NCBI GenBank assembly: GCA_973895155.1
Contig: OZ316897.1
Coordinates: 12,051,832 to 12,115,831, forward strand
DNA: 64,000 nt
DNA from: Marsupella aquatica
Lineage: Eukaryota > Plantae > Marchantiophyta
Direction of reading: 5' to 3'
Under the pieces are notes generated by a model that had not been told where the DNA came from, did no database searches, and was given only the letters and a program-made list of their open reading frames with translations. Both the position numbers and the translations under genes were made by a program. Shown piece by piece: positions 13,001 to 26,365 of the stretch. Within the stretch, counting starts at the first letter, position 1. Every line of letters begins with the position of its first letter.

Positions 13001-14295
13001 CATTGATATGCTAATAACTGATGGAACCTCAAAATCCACTCATATGGGTGACTGACATGCATGGGCTAATTAACAACCTCAAACTAAGTTGGCAGAGTAG
13101 AGACACTAATAAGTACCAGTCAACAGCTGTTCTGTAGGGAGATTGTAGAGGATTCAATGATTCATGCAGAGGATATTATGTAGCATTCGATGGAATATCC
13201 AGGAGCGGCCTCTCTTTTCCAGAGCATGAGCTAGCATGACGTTTTGTACGCCTCCAAAATGATTCTCTCATTTCCTCCTAGCCCTCCACTCCACTCAGCC
13301 CATCTACTTTGTTGTGTTGTGTTGGACGAAATTTCCGCCTTCTTGCACTTGTGAGGAGTCTCTGTTGTCCAATTACCATTCTTCAAGAATTCCAGAATTG
13401 TATTGTGCTGTTTCTGTTTCTATGCTGTGACGGGTGATGGATGACGTGGGTCTGCCGACATACTTTCAGAAGAGAGCATGCTCATCGAGCGACTTAATGT
13501 TCTGACTTTCATAGACTAGAAATCCACTCCTGGGTGGGACGAAAGCTTGCAGGTAGCTGGTGACTAATTCCCATTCGTCGCGAGGCAATCCACGGTTCAC
13601 ATTTTTGCCACTTGTGTTATTTCCAATTTTTGCCACTTGTGTGTTTTGGAGTTGCGTGATCGCTTTTGATGCAGAGAACTTAATGGTGCCCGAGCGAAGG
13701 AGCACTTGATTCGGGAACTGCTGCTCGATGAACGACAATCTCACTTCTACAGTCAGTGCTTTAGTCGATTGAGGTCCCAACTCACAAGCCACCGTAAAAG
13801 GACGAGATCATGGTATGTTGAATCAGATCTCGATTGGAGGCGTCAAGAGAAAGATTTATTGGGTAATCCTGCTGCATTGCGCAGGAAGGTCAGCAGCTCA
13901 TCTCACAGGCTAGAAGTGAAGGTACTGAAGATCTCTTGGGTTCTGATAGTTCTGCCAAAGTGGAACAATGTCAGCACCTCACCCCACCCCACAGGCTAGA
14001 AATGAACTCATTCAGAAAAGAGATCTCTTGGGCTGGAGTAATCCTGCGACATTACAATCAAATCAGCAGCTCTCTTCACACGTTGGAAGTGACTTTTTAA
14101 GAAGATGCCCTCGGTTGGAATAGTTTTGCCTCATTTCAAAAAGTTGAGCACCTCAATAGGTTGGAAATGAACTTCTCACGATCTAGACCTCTTGGGTTGG
14201 AAAAGATTCTGCCACATTGCAAGAATCATATACGCATGAAAGGGGCTAGAGTTAAGGATAGAACAGGCTTCAGCGTTTCCGGACAGGTTCTTAGA

Positions 14296-16648
14296 ATGGG
14301 CGTCGCTGCTGTGCTGGTTTTGTTTCTGCTATCGCTCTGCGCAGTCCCCGAAGTGCTTGCTGTGCCCCAAATTCGTCGGCACGCCTTCCTTCCACGGCAA
14401 CATTTGCAATTCTCGTCGCCCGGAGACACTTTCAAGGTTGCAATCATAGCGGACGTGCACTACGGAGAAAATGCGTGGACGGATTGGGGCCTAGCACAGG
14501 ACTTGAAATCCACGGCTGTTCAAGATTTCGTTCTTGATACCGAACAACCAGGTCGGATGCAATTGGAGGTTCTTGTTATTAGGAAATTTGCTTAATTGGT
14601 ATATATCTCTTCAATTATATTTTCTCTCTCAGTATTGTGTGTGGATTTATACGGAGACATTGTACCAATTTCTAGATGGGCAGGGGCAAGCTTGGCACAG
14701 ACAGGAAGTATTGGATGAATGATCTCTCGCCGACGATATGTATTAGGGAGTCAGAAAGCCTGATTTCAGCACTCTTCATGGTTCATCTATAATGTGCACA
14801 ATCGTCATGGATTTCTGTTTCTAGCCTTCAGTGTTCCGGAGTAAAGATCCCAATCGTAGCATCAATTGACAGTTGGTTGGCTTCACCTCTGAGTGGCCAT
14901 GTACTATAACTTACGTTCGTGTTCATAACATGAGACAATCCCGCGCCACTACCTTTGACCAGGTATTGTTTCCTCGTCCTGCATTGGATGTCTTTCTAGA
15001 TTTCGTCATCTACTTGGGAGACCTGGTAACTGCGAACAATGTTGCTGCAAACAATGCTTCAGCATACTGGGCAATGGCGACAGGTCCTGCAGTCGACCGG
15101 TCTATTCCATTTGCCACCACGTTTGGTAATCACGACGACATGCCGATGGAGTTTGATGACTCCTGGTTTGGACCTTCTGGCAGCCCTTTATCTCCTCCTG
15201 GTGAAGGCCAAACTCCATTCTTGCTGTAAAACAAACCAATGTTTTGTCTAATAAAGGCTTTTGCTAAAGAGCCTGCTCTAATGATTCCAATCTAACGGTT
15301 TTTTCGTCCTTTAAGATTTGTTCAAGTAAATCTACCAAACCCGGACATGTGAGTCAATCTTCAAATCAAGCGTTCAGCACTAATCTATCCATGTTCATCA
15401 GTTGTTGGCAGCATGATATTTTGGACACCCGATGTTTTAGATCCGTCATCGGATGAGAAGTCTTCACTTGATGAAAGGAATGTGGTGGGAAGCCCTTTAC
15501 ATCATCACTGAGACGGCTTTCACTTGCTGGCTGTAGATTACGTGGGTTATTATAAGAGAACTACACGTCAAGAGCTGCTGATTGCTGAGATGCAATCCGT
15601 AGAGTCACTAACTCAGGCCGGTCCAAAGTCCCTGTGGCCAAGCTTATCAAACTATGTGCTTACGGTTGCCTCATCAAAGAACCCGGGATCCATAGCTGCA
15701 ATATTCTACTTTCTGGACTCCGGAGGTGGTACGTACCAGGAAGTTGTGTCAGCCAGTCAGACTGCTTGGTTCACGACAACAGCTGAAACATTGAATCCTG
15801 AGGGAAGGTATGGATCTTTGGCTTCATGGTCTTGCTTAGCTATCTAAGTTCTAAGGGTTCCGATTTCTTTGCCATCACCATTCAAAAATGGGTTTAAATG
15901 GAGGGAGCTCCTCTTTCCAGGTAAAGTTGAAGGTTTCCCATTGTAGTGGCATACGAACTCGCATTCTGAAATCGTAGTTGGTGACTTGCTCCCGGCGAAT
16001 GTAGAGCGCTTAGTGTGTCCGCCAGAAACAATTTGGAGAGACTCGACTACTAATTGCTATTTATTGTTGACGCACAGCATACCTGAATTGGTGTTCTTCC
16101 ATATTCCGACCTCAACACACCAGCACGTTGGTATGAACCCCGGAGGCCCCATCGATGCACCATGTGTAGGATCTATCAACTTAGAAGCGGTTGCACCGCA
16201 GGTTGCAGAGTGGGGGCTTATTGATGCCCTATCTAGGAGGCCATCTGTGAGGGTAGGTCCTTATCCCTCCATCCGTTTTTTGGGTCTACGCCAATCACGG
16301 TCATTCCATGATACATTTGAGGATCTCAAGCAGAAGACTTTGTCCTATTGAAGGCTTTCTGCTTGACCTCAGTTTTGATATCCTGTGTATGGGCGCTTAT
16401 GGACAAGATCTTTACCATTTCTGTGGATGTGACAGGCAACATTTTCTGGCCATAATCATGGGCTGGACTGGTGCTGTCCGCGTGAGAAATTGTGGCTATG
16501 TTTTGCTCGGCACACTGGATATGGAGGTTATGGGACCTGGATTCGAGGTTCCCGAATCTTGGAGCTTACAGAGGTTCCAACTTTTGCAGTGAAGACTTGG
16601 ATCAGGCTGGAGGACGGCAGTGTTGTGGCAGAGGCCAGCCTTACTTGA
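14296..16648 (+). CDS. purple acid phosphatase-like metallophosphoesterase (PAP16/PAP29 type); exons 14296-14551, 15000-15200, 15537-15807, 16078-16252, 16436-16648
   Basis: Hydrophobic signal peptide followed by calcineurin-like metallophosphoesterase motifs [52 protein letters not shown] and RHTGYGGYG. All junctions are GT-AG and keep frame. An alternative ATG lies at 14236. Confidence 0.92.
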
Positions 16649-18321
16649 AAATAAGGTGCAGCGGAGCCTATTTGTGCAGGGATTGGATCTTGTTGGAATG
16701 CCGTTGCCCTTAGGATTGAAAAACCGACGCTTCCTACAAAATTAGAAAATTTTCTGGAGGTCGACATTATGTTTTATAGAAGGGACAAGGGAAATAAGGG
16801 CTAGCAACGTCATTGATATTCCACTCTTCCAGAATATAGACTACTTGTAACATTTCAACAAGCTCAGCGAGGAGCGGGGCCTTTCAAGATGCCCATTATT
16901 GTAAACGAGAACAAGCTCGCCATTGTATAGTGTTCCTGATTCATACCAATGCAATAAAATCACACATCTCAATTTTAGATGTAAGATTGCTGTGAAATTG
17001 TTTACCAGAGTCAACGAGGGGTCCCTTGGACTCCTAGGGACGTGGCAGCCATCTGCTGCTTAGTACCTCAACTTTTGGACAGTGCAATCGACCACAACCT
17101 GTCGGACAAAGGTTGCTTGCTTTTCTAGCAAAAGAATTTGAATAAGACATCCAACAAATTTTTAAAATTGTGAATCTCTCCTCACATCCAGAGAGTACAT
17201 GTTCCACCTCCGATTAGGTTCAGGAAGATCGATGTCCCATTGTTTCCATCCGCTTCCATCTGTACATTTACCACCTACAAAAACAAAAGGAAGCAGCTTA
17301 TGTTCGTAGTTCAATTGTTGTCTTCTTCACGATATTAGAACTAATCGATAAGCCGAGAGTGTTCCTTGTCAAGTAAATACAAATCGAGAAGAAAAGTTAG
17401 TACTTAAAGGCAATCTCACGCCTTCAGATATTTTGAAATGTAAACAAAAGAATCCGTAGGAACAGATGGTAACCGATACGAACCAAAATGCTGTGCACGA
17501 CAAGTGGGGACATGATTTAACACGGAAACACAGCCAACAAACAAGTCGGACAGGTACAGCCAGAATGTATGTGGAAGACTCAACGCTACGTCAGAAGTAG
17601 ATATCTCCACTTAAGATTTCGCAAAGATGGAATCAATTTGTCAATCGAAGCCACAGTGGAAAGAGTCTTAAGCGGAAGTGGTTATACATGCCATTTACTG
17701 GCTTTGAGAAGCACACCATGCATTTCATGCAGTGAGTTACAAGCCAAATCAAATTAAGAATCAAACTAAAGTTCTCTAGAATTCAATGACATTGACGACC
17801 ATCTAAACGAACACAGGACTACAAGGACTAGATAAAAAATGGCTGGCGGCATCTTGAGGACACTCCCAATCAAACGAAGGTTCACTTACAGACCATAGCA
17901 TTCTGGACAATCGAGAAAAACGCATTACAGTCGTAAAGTCACACTGCACATGAGGAAGACGATTATACACCAACCTGGGAGTCCTGCAAAACTTGTTCAG
18001 CACGCTGCTCTTCCTTCTTGGCTTCTCGCATCTTTTCCTTCTCTACAACAGCCTGCAACCAAACTGTAAGTACATCCACTCGCACGCTACAACCTGTGTC
18101 CGTAGACAGTCTGGGCACAACATCTCGTCACAGAACTCCAATAAAAGACAAGTTCCAAGTTTAACAAGACTTAAGTTCATCGACTAAGACACCGAAAGTC
18201 AGAGCTCGCTTTCTACGTATTTCTTACCTCTTAAACCAACGTCTGCTATGTCCTTGGAAGACCCACTACTGCGTTGCAGGCTTATCACAATAGTGTGCAT
18301 TGCTCAAAGAGTAAGTATCCG

Positions 18322-21300
18322 TTACCTCTCACTAACCAGATTAGACTTCCTGAACTTCTGATGACAGTCTGTGCAAATCCAAACAACACCATGGAGAGAA
18401 CCATCGTTGTATTCCAAACAGACCTTTCTTAGTCCCAATTTCTCCTCGTAGGCTTCTGGTGTCAGTTTTCCTATCAAATCAGTGATTGCAACTCTACTCT
18501 TTCCATAAACATCTCGAGGGTTCCAAAGAGGATCATTAGGATCAAGGCCCGTCTCCTCAGTCATCAGCTTATCTAGTTCGTCCTTCGAGACACCGGTGGC
18601 CCAGGCAATTCCGTCTAGCAGTAATTTGGCCTGCTGCACTTGCTTGAAATCGGGAAGTATCAACCCTGCCCCAGGAGCTACAAGATTCGTTCCAATTTTT
18701 GCACATATCAAGAGAATTGTCAATGATACTTTGAGCCAGGGTGCTATTTTCCTGAGGGATGGCCTTAATGTAGACACATCGATCCCCTTTTGACCCTCGA
18801 CTCCGTGCGGTCTGTAGTTATTGTACATGGCCTCACATGCAAATTGTAAACTAACATTCGTAGTTGCTGACAATGCCTCTTTCAATGTAGCCCATACACC
18901 AGAATCTCTTTCGGCCAGAAAGATAAGGTTTGGGCAGGTTCTGTCCTTATCTTCTTTGAAGAATCTCGCTGTGTCTTGAAGCTTCCGAAACGCCTTGTTC
19001 TGCTCATTCAAAACCTTTGCTAATCCCTCTTGAAGCCTTTTCTCTACATCAAACAACTTCTTATAGACCATATCCACCTTGTCTCCGACCTCCTTGACAG
19101 CATCTAAAATTATGCGGGTCTCCTCGGTGGCCTCTTGAATCCCATCTGATGCGACTCTTGATTCCTGGGTCAACGTACTTGTGGGCGGAATGTCAACCTC
19201 AATGCCATCTACTAGGACACCTGACACCAACTCAGGAGGATAGATTTTCAGGATGACAGCCTCCCGCATTCCTTGCTTCAAAACGTTGACATCGTTTTCT
19301 GCTGACTGAATCACATATTCCGTATCCTTTCTGGACAGCAGCTGATCTTCTGTTATTGCAGAGTCGCGGCCCACATGCCACTGCATTTTTCTTCCCATCC
19401 CATGCATTTGCACCCACTTCTTCACTTGAGCCACTTCCACATTTCTGTCCGGCTTGTACACTGGTCTAGACTGGGAAACCGGCCAACGCCAAGACTCGGA
19501 AATTGGCCAAGGCCAAACCACCTTGTGCACATACTGAACCCCTCCACACAAATCATTCCAAAGCCCCAGAAGTATATCGACAAGATCGTCAGCCAGGTTC
19601 AGTTGACATTGTTTCCTCTGAATTATATCCAAGTTGTCTTTCCTAAACTTCGGCTTCACAAATATGCTGATCTTCTCAAATGTGGGCATGTCCTCGTTAG
19701 CACTGACTTCAACCAGTACGTTCATGTACTCCACAGTGAACGTCATGAAATGTTTACCAACAGTGAAGTCATTGTCCGGTACCTCGCCGTTGAACTTTGG
19801 CGTCTGCGCAAGCTCAACCTGAAACCTATGCCATAGCGACATTGGTGCTAGAGTCATCTCATATTTTTTGTGCTCAATAGAGAAACCCATCACCCACTGT
19901 TCCTCTGCATCCTCATGTGCGCCCTGAGACTGCCACGGATCTCCAGGTTCCACATTCTTATCAATGAGAGAAGGTATAAATACGTTCTCCTCCTTACCCT
20001 TGTAGCACAATCCCAACCATAGCAAGATGGCAATCAAATCTTCGCAATTTTTAGCACTCCATCTAGATTTGAAGAACCGTTTGAAATCTGACATTGAAAT
20101 AGACCCTGTAGTCACGTCCACATCTTCTCTAAAGAGATGGTCACCCCTTCTATGGTTGACCATATCTTCAGAAAGGAAAATGTTTCCTATGATTTCCTTG
20201 CAGAACCAGTTTGGATTGAGGACAATGACCCTTTGATAAGGGATACCCCATTGAGCAGGAAAGCTCTTGTCGATATAAATAAGGACTCCAGCTTCATTTA
20301 GATATTTAGTTGCTGATAAAATTATCTGCCGAGGCCAGTCCTGACTTAATTGCTCAACCTCCCGCACAAATTCTTCCCAATCTAGCACAGGAAACTCCTT
20401 CCTTGCCTCACTCCAAATAGTCAGGTTACTTTGAATGATATTGCAGATCTCCGGAACCTTCTCTCGTTCAAGCAAATTCCTGGAATGCTCTAAGAGACAT
20501 AGTTTAAGAGCATTGACTTGACGTCTTCTCCTAAGATCCAGTACAAAGGGATTAGTATGAACATCCAAAAAGCCACTAAATTGGTCTCTTTGACGCTCAA
20601 GCAACCTTTTCCAACCTTGGCCATACTCCTGTACCTTTTTGTCTCCACCTATGGTGTTCAGGACAATGAATACATGGCGGAGCTGTTTTGTGATATTATT
20701 GCAACTCGATGCAATTTATCGTAACCAGTATTCAAGCTGTTGCTTGGCCTCATCAAGACTTTTGGCGTTGCAAACAGTAACAACAAATACGGTAGCTTTT
20801 CCCTCAGAGAAACTTAAATCCGGGAAGAAAGCATTGTGGACCAAATGGTAATCTTCTTGTCCGGCCATGTCCCAGACCAGGAGAGTTATTGGATTCTGTT
20901 TTTTGTTCTTGTGAGCGTTGCTTGAGAATTGGGAGACAGCAATACCTCTTGTGCGCTCCTCCACATGAGATCTCCTCTCCCAGGTCCATAATGATTGCCA
21001 AGATGTCCTTTGCAGTGTGTGACTGAGGGTTGTCTTGCCCACGTCCGGGCTCCCACATAGGTAAATCTTTCCATAGCCAGCTGGCACCATGGGAGAGTCC
21101 GAGAGACCTGCTAAAATTTTCTGGTGTCTAATATTGCGCTTCCTTAGTTGCTCATAGCGGCGACCCGAATCTGGAGACGAAGACCAGTCAAAGTGCACTT
21201 CGACAGTAAGACGATTGTTTGGGTCGAATGCAGATGCTAAAGCCGTGGCGCCATTCTCGGTAGACAAATACGAGGACCTAACTCCAAGGACCTGTAGTGA

Positions 21301-22002
21301 ATCAAGTCGACCAGACTTAAGCGCTTCTGCCAACAACTGCAGGCCCACCTCGCCGAAAGGGTTATAATTAAGAAGCAACCCCCTTAAATTTGGCAAGACG
21401 CTGGCCTCACCATGTTGAAAAGCAGTTGTCAGTGTAGCCATGCCATCGGCTCCCATGTAAGTGTAACTGAGGTTGAGTTCCTTCAACATCTCCAAATTAC
21501 CGGATTGAATAACATGGCCAAGAGCTCCAAAACCTCTAATTCCTATATAGCTATTGCTGAAGTCAATGCTCTCCAAACATTGAAAGTTTCCTGCAGCAGT
21601 CAGATCATTGCCAATTGCTAAAGCCCGCTCGCTTGTCTGTGACCAGTCGGCCTGAAGCCTCAATTCCTTCAATGCAGAAAATTGACCAGATCTCAGAGCC
21701 CGTGCTAATTTGACGGGATCCCAGGTCACAATATGTAGGCTGTTGATGTTGATGCGTGTCACTTGAGACAGGTCGCCGAGCTTCATGGCTTTGCGTAGTC
21801 CATCCGCACTTTCTATCACGATCCCACTGCTGCCAGCGATAGTCCCCGCAAGCGTGGCCTCTTTTAATGTATACTTGTGCGTCAAACCAAACGCATCATC
21901 ACCGTGCACGTGTTTCTTTTTCGTTTCCACCGGATGTTCTTGACGTGAATCTGCGCCTATCACTCTACCTCTAAAATCGATCCAACAAACATTGTGATCC
22001 AT
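18322..22002 (-). pseudogene. TORNADO1-like LRR-Roc-COR (ROCO) GTPase, copy A; otherwise intact frame broken by one in-frame TAA at 20716-20718
   Basis: RI-like LRRs, P-loop GSPDVGKTT, RTRGI, WDMAGQEDY, COR region (LNPNWFCKEIIG, FIPSLI), C-terminal VWICTDC. ORFs 20716-22071 and 18322-20604 are in the same frame. The 37 codons between them (IASSCNNITKQLRHVFIVLN...) align with copy B, which has Tyr where A has the stop. ATG at 22002 (MDH) chosen by homology to copy B. Confidence 0.88.
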
Positions 22003-25000
22003 GAAGCTCTCACTGTATATGATCGTAAGAATTGCAGAACCAACTGTACGACAATCGAGCCGAGGAATCAAGGGTAGTAGCCGGATGCCGTACTAAATTA
22101 GTGACGTTTCTGCCCGCCAACCGCACCTACACAAGGCTTTCGTTTTGTGAGTGATCACGCAGAATTCAAGCAGGCACTCGACGATCTATCCAAACACCCT
22201 CGAGCAATTTAATGCAATTCGGTCCAACTAGATGTGCCTCTCTTATCAAAGATGGGTCTGACCGCTGGTACACCACGACAAGCCTCTTGTCTCCGGCCGT
22301 GAACTGTATACGTACCCCGAGGCAACACCTCGCCAATCGATCCGAATAAGCTAGAGAGCTGTTTGATCCGACTGGATGCCTCTCTCGAATGACCATTGGC
22401 TGTGACTGCTGATTGGACCTCGACAAGGATTTAGTCGTCGTGAATTGCTTATGGCTGTACAATTCCTCGATGCAAGTTACACCTGCAGGCGGCTCCACCA
22501 TTGAAGGCTGGATGTACGCAGTAGCATCGTCGTTGTGTCGTCAATTTTCATGCATCGGTATTTGGCTTGCGCTAGCTTTCAGCGCACTCGATGCCCCTAC
22601 AGCGGTCGTAGGCTGGACTTCGTCTGCAATTCTTGTACGCACCAACTTCTTCCATAAGAGCAACGTAAACGTCAACGTTAGCGCTGTGACCAGTCAAGAA
22701 AGACATCCAAAGTAAATTTGTGTCCTTCCCCAGAATTCTGAATAAATTTCACTGATCGTGAGCAATTTACGAATGGACATACAGTGGTAGACGACTCTTC
22801 TTAGGTCTTCGCTTAGATCTTAAGTGAAAGGTTCAGAATCACGAGTTTATATGCAGCCAAGGTTGCAGACGGTGGTAGACCAGTGCGTGCTGAGTATGTA
22901 CAGTCCATGATTGCGGTTTTCTGGATCCTAACATCGTTAATCTTGGCAGAGTCATCACATGCCACGGATATGAAGTGAGGACGCTGTTTCCCTAGTCAGA
23001 AATCAAGGATCATCGATCTATGCACAACAGTAGAGCAGAGAACAAAAAGCTTACCAGGCATTTAGAAGAACAACCGTGGTTGCTGCAAAGCAGTACCTGT
23101 ATCTGCTCCAGGGTCGGATCAACAATCTGTTGCGTTGGGACCTCCCAAGGCTGCACACCAAAGGAGTTTCCCTTCAAACTACCGTAGCTGATCGATCAAC
23201 TACTGGAAGTTCAGATTCCGTGGACTGCAGACTGCAGACCTACGGGCCCCTGCCAGATTTCCCGGGAAAAGAGTTCTTCGATCAGGTACGATGTAGAACA
23301 TCTAATAATAATTCAGACAACTGATTGAAGTGACCATTTCAATGCACTTCAAGCACTCAACCGGGCATTCAATTTGCATGTTGATCAGAAGCTTCCGATT
23401 GCGAAGAGATGTCCATTGATACCAACTCTACCGTAGATGGGGCCAACCAGATATGGGGAACGCGTTCTACACCTCAGGTGTGGGGCATGTTAGACTGCCA
23501 CTAGCACTTACCCGGGCTTTCCACGAATTGCACTGGAGTCCAGAGTTGCTCCAATTTTCCACACTGGTCTGATTATTGCTTTGTAAACAGAGATTTTCCA
23601 GTCACTAGCCTGACTACCTCTACCTTTTAACGTAAATAGAGATAAGACAAACAAAAAAAAGATTCCCAAAATTTGTGCTCTTTCCCCTTCATGTTTACCC
23701 GTCCCTGTTTATGGCATGGGCTTCGTTAATTATTCAATTTTGTCCTTGCTAATTTAGTCTTTATTTAGAGTTAGTGTAGGTCTAGAGGCTTCTCTCTATA
23801 TAGAAGTCTAGATTCCAACTCTAGCTTATGTGTACCATCATATATATGTTCCAGTCTGCTCCACTATTTGGGGGAAAATGTAATGTTGATAGAGTGATAT
23901 TTGGATCCTACACTCATGATAGCTCTTGAAGGGGCAGTTGTGGTTTAAAGTCATTATGGTACTCCTCTATGGTACTCCTATATCTATTTCTCTACTTGTC
24001 TGCTAGAATAATTGAAAAGGTTCTCTTAGCTAGTGAAGGGTAGCACGTACTCCTAGGTTTATTAGGTGACTAGGAAATTAATAGTACTGACATGATAAAT
24101 GAACACAACATATCTGTCACATTCAAGGCACCTTTACATGCAAGAGTACTCTTAGCTTAGTTGGTTTCCCTTGTGGTTTGGCCCCTTGCTGCTCACTAGC
24201 TAACCCAGAAATTTGTTTTTCAAATTTGCCTTGGAGGTCATTGGGGCTTTTCATCCTATGTTTACCCGTTTCCATCTTGTGTCCATGTTGTCTTTTCTGC
24301 AAAAAGGTGGCCTTATCCCTACATTTTATTCTCACAATTTCTTGAGCTGTCCAGGAGCTGTCCGCTTTTAGGGACAAAATCAAGCATATACCAGTTTAAT
24401 TTGTTTTTACCTTGGAAGAATGTGTTTCTGCTATTTTACAAATTAAAGACCAATAAAAAAGGTCAGATAAAGTGGAATGTTCATGAGGGCTTCTTACGCA
24501 GGGATCTCCGTCCCAGTTGTGATGTGGAGTCTCACAGGCCCACATCATGATCCCCTCCAATAGTAGGTGTTCCTCCTTTGCCTGAAAGGCCTTAATTTTG
24601 ACGCATTCATTTTGCCTTCAAGATTACTTAATCCTCTAAAGGACCCACTAAGAAATATAAAGTTATATATTCAACTGCAGATGAACAAAAAGGGCCAAAC
24701 AGGGAAGAGATCCCACCGGGCAGGAGGGGGGTCAGGAGACCCAATAAGGAGGGCAAACAAAGGAAATACCACATGAAGACCAAAGAGCCAGAAAGCCTGA
24801 CAGTTCCCCACTAGGGCAAAGTCCTATTGAGCAGTAAAGTGAAAAGCCTGGTGCAAGTCTAAAGTAAATCACATAGGAGAGTCATACTACCGAATTTCTC
24901 TAGATTCCCTCAAACCAATAGCCTCAGCCCTAAAAGAATACTCAGAGTTGGGGTCAGAATATTTGAGCTGCTCCCCATGCCCAAACTACTTGGGGCGGCC

Positions 25001-26365
25001 ATCCCAAAACTTCATCTTCAAGGGCTCCTCAAGAAACGTCAACTCAGCGACATCCCAGAGTGAAGACAAATTATGAGCTACAGATCACGGAGCAAACTAA
25101 GATTCGGGAATCAGCAGTATTCAAAAAGGAATCTGGCATATACTGTCAATCACGGCACTCGGAACCCAGCAATTCAATCGAGCAATCGCGAATCCAGATA
25201 TCCAGAAATGCAGAAGCGGATCGAGAAGCCACCGACCAGCTGAAGGAATGAATGCATGAAAATCACCCATCACGTCACGTACCCCAAGCTCAGCCCCGAA
25301 GTTTCCACAATTTGTTTTTTCCAAGATCCGATCAGAGATCTGCGATTTAACAGAACTCGGAGATCTGCGGTTTAACAGAACTCGGAGAACTTTACAAATC
25401 ATTGGAGGCACTTTCAACCGAACCTGTTACCAATCCTATATGTAATATAGTGGGACTGTATTCTATCCTCTCTTGAATGTGTCAACCTTTTGGTTTTCAA
25501 AGCCGGAAAAAAAAGTGCCAAAAGTTGGATGGGTATGACCCCCTTGTGGGTTACCCTACAGAGGTGCACGCTCCGGATTTGAGCTTCTATCCTCTGCAAG
25601 GGTCAGCTTTTGGTTTACAAAGAAAAGAAAATTAAAAGTGTCAAAAGTTGGATGGGTAGGCTTTTGGTTTTCGAGGGCAAAAAAAGAGTGCCAAACGACG
25701 GCCAAAGAACAAGGTCTAGAGCCCTATTGAGAAAACTGAGCCTGGTAGACCTCCTTTCTCTGTTGCAAACGAAAGTTCGGTCGAAATATATACCCGGGAC
25801 ATATATGGGCATATGGCCCATCCAAAAAGTGCATCACGAGCCAGCACCGTGAAGAATTGTGTGATGAGGGAGTGCAGTTTATACAACTTCTTGTAGCTAT
25901 CGCCCACCGAAAGATACAGCACGACAGATATATTATTCAGACTACACATGAATCTGATCTTAAAGCATATATGACGTACAGGGTTGAATTGGGGTCTCTG
26001 AAATAATTACATCTACATTCGTTGATTCGTTGAGGGTCTGTCAATTGAAATTAATTGCGTGTTTGTCCACCGACCCACTGCTGTACCTGCCCGGTCGATC
26101 CACCACTCCTGTTCGTCCGCGGATTGAGTTACTAGGAAATGTACTGTCTCTATCATCTTTTTTCATTATATAATATATCGCTTCAGAATCAGCTCGTTAA
26201 AACGAGCCTTAGCAATTCGTGGAAAACCCCAATTGCTGCCGGCATGCTCCACAGCCCAGCTCCAAAACGCGTTCCCTTTATCTGGCGGGACCCATACTCA
26301 CAGCTGGGCCATCATCTGTAGAATAAGTTGTTGAATCTGTGTTCCGCTGTGGACAATGGACAGAA

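Noticed and set aside
18322-20604. 760-aa ORF as an independent gene
   Set aside because: It starts at a non-ATG codon mid-Roc and is the in-frame continuation of 20716-22071 across one stop.
20605-20718. An intron or RNA editing removing the stop in ROCO copy A
   Set aside because: The segment aligns codon for codon with copy B, so it is exonic. U-to-C editing is organellar and would give Gln, not the homologous Tyr.
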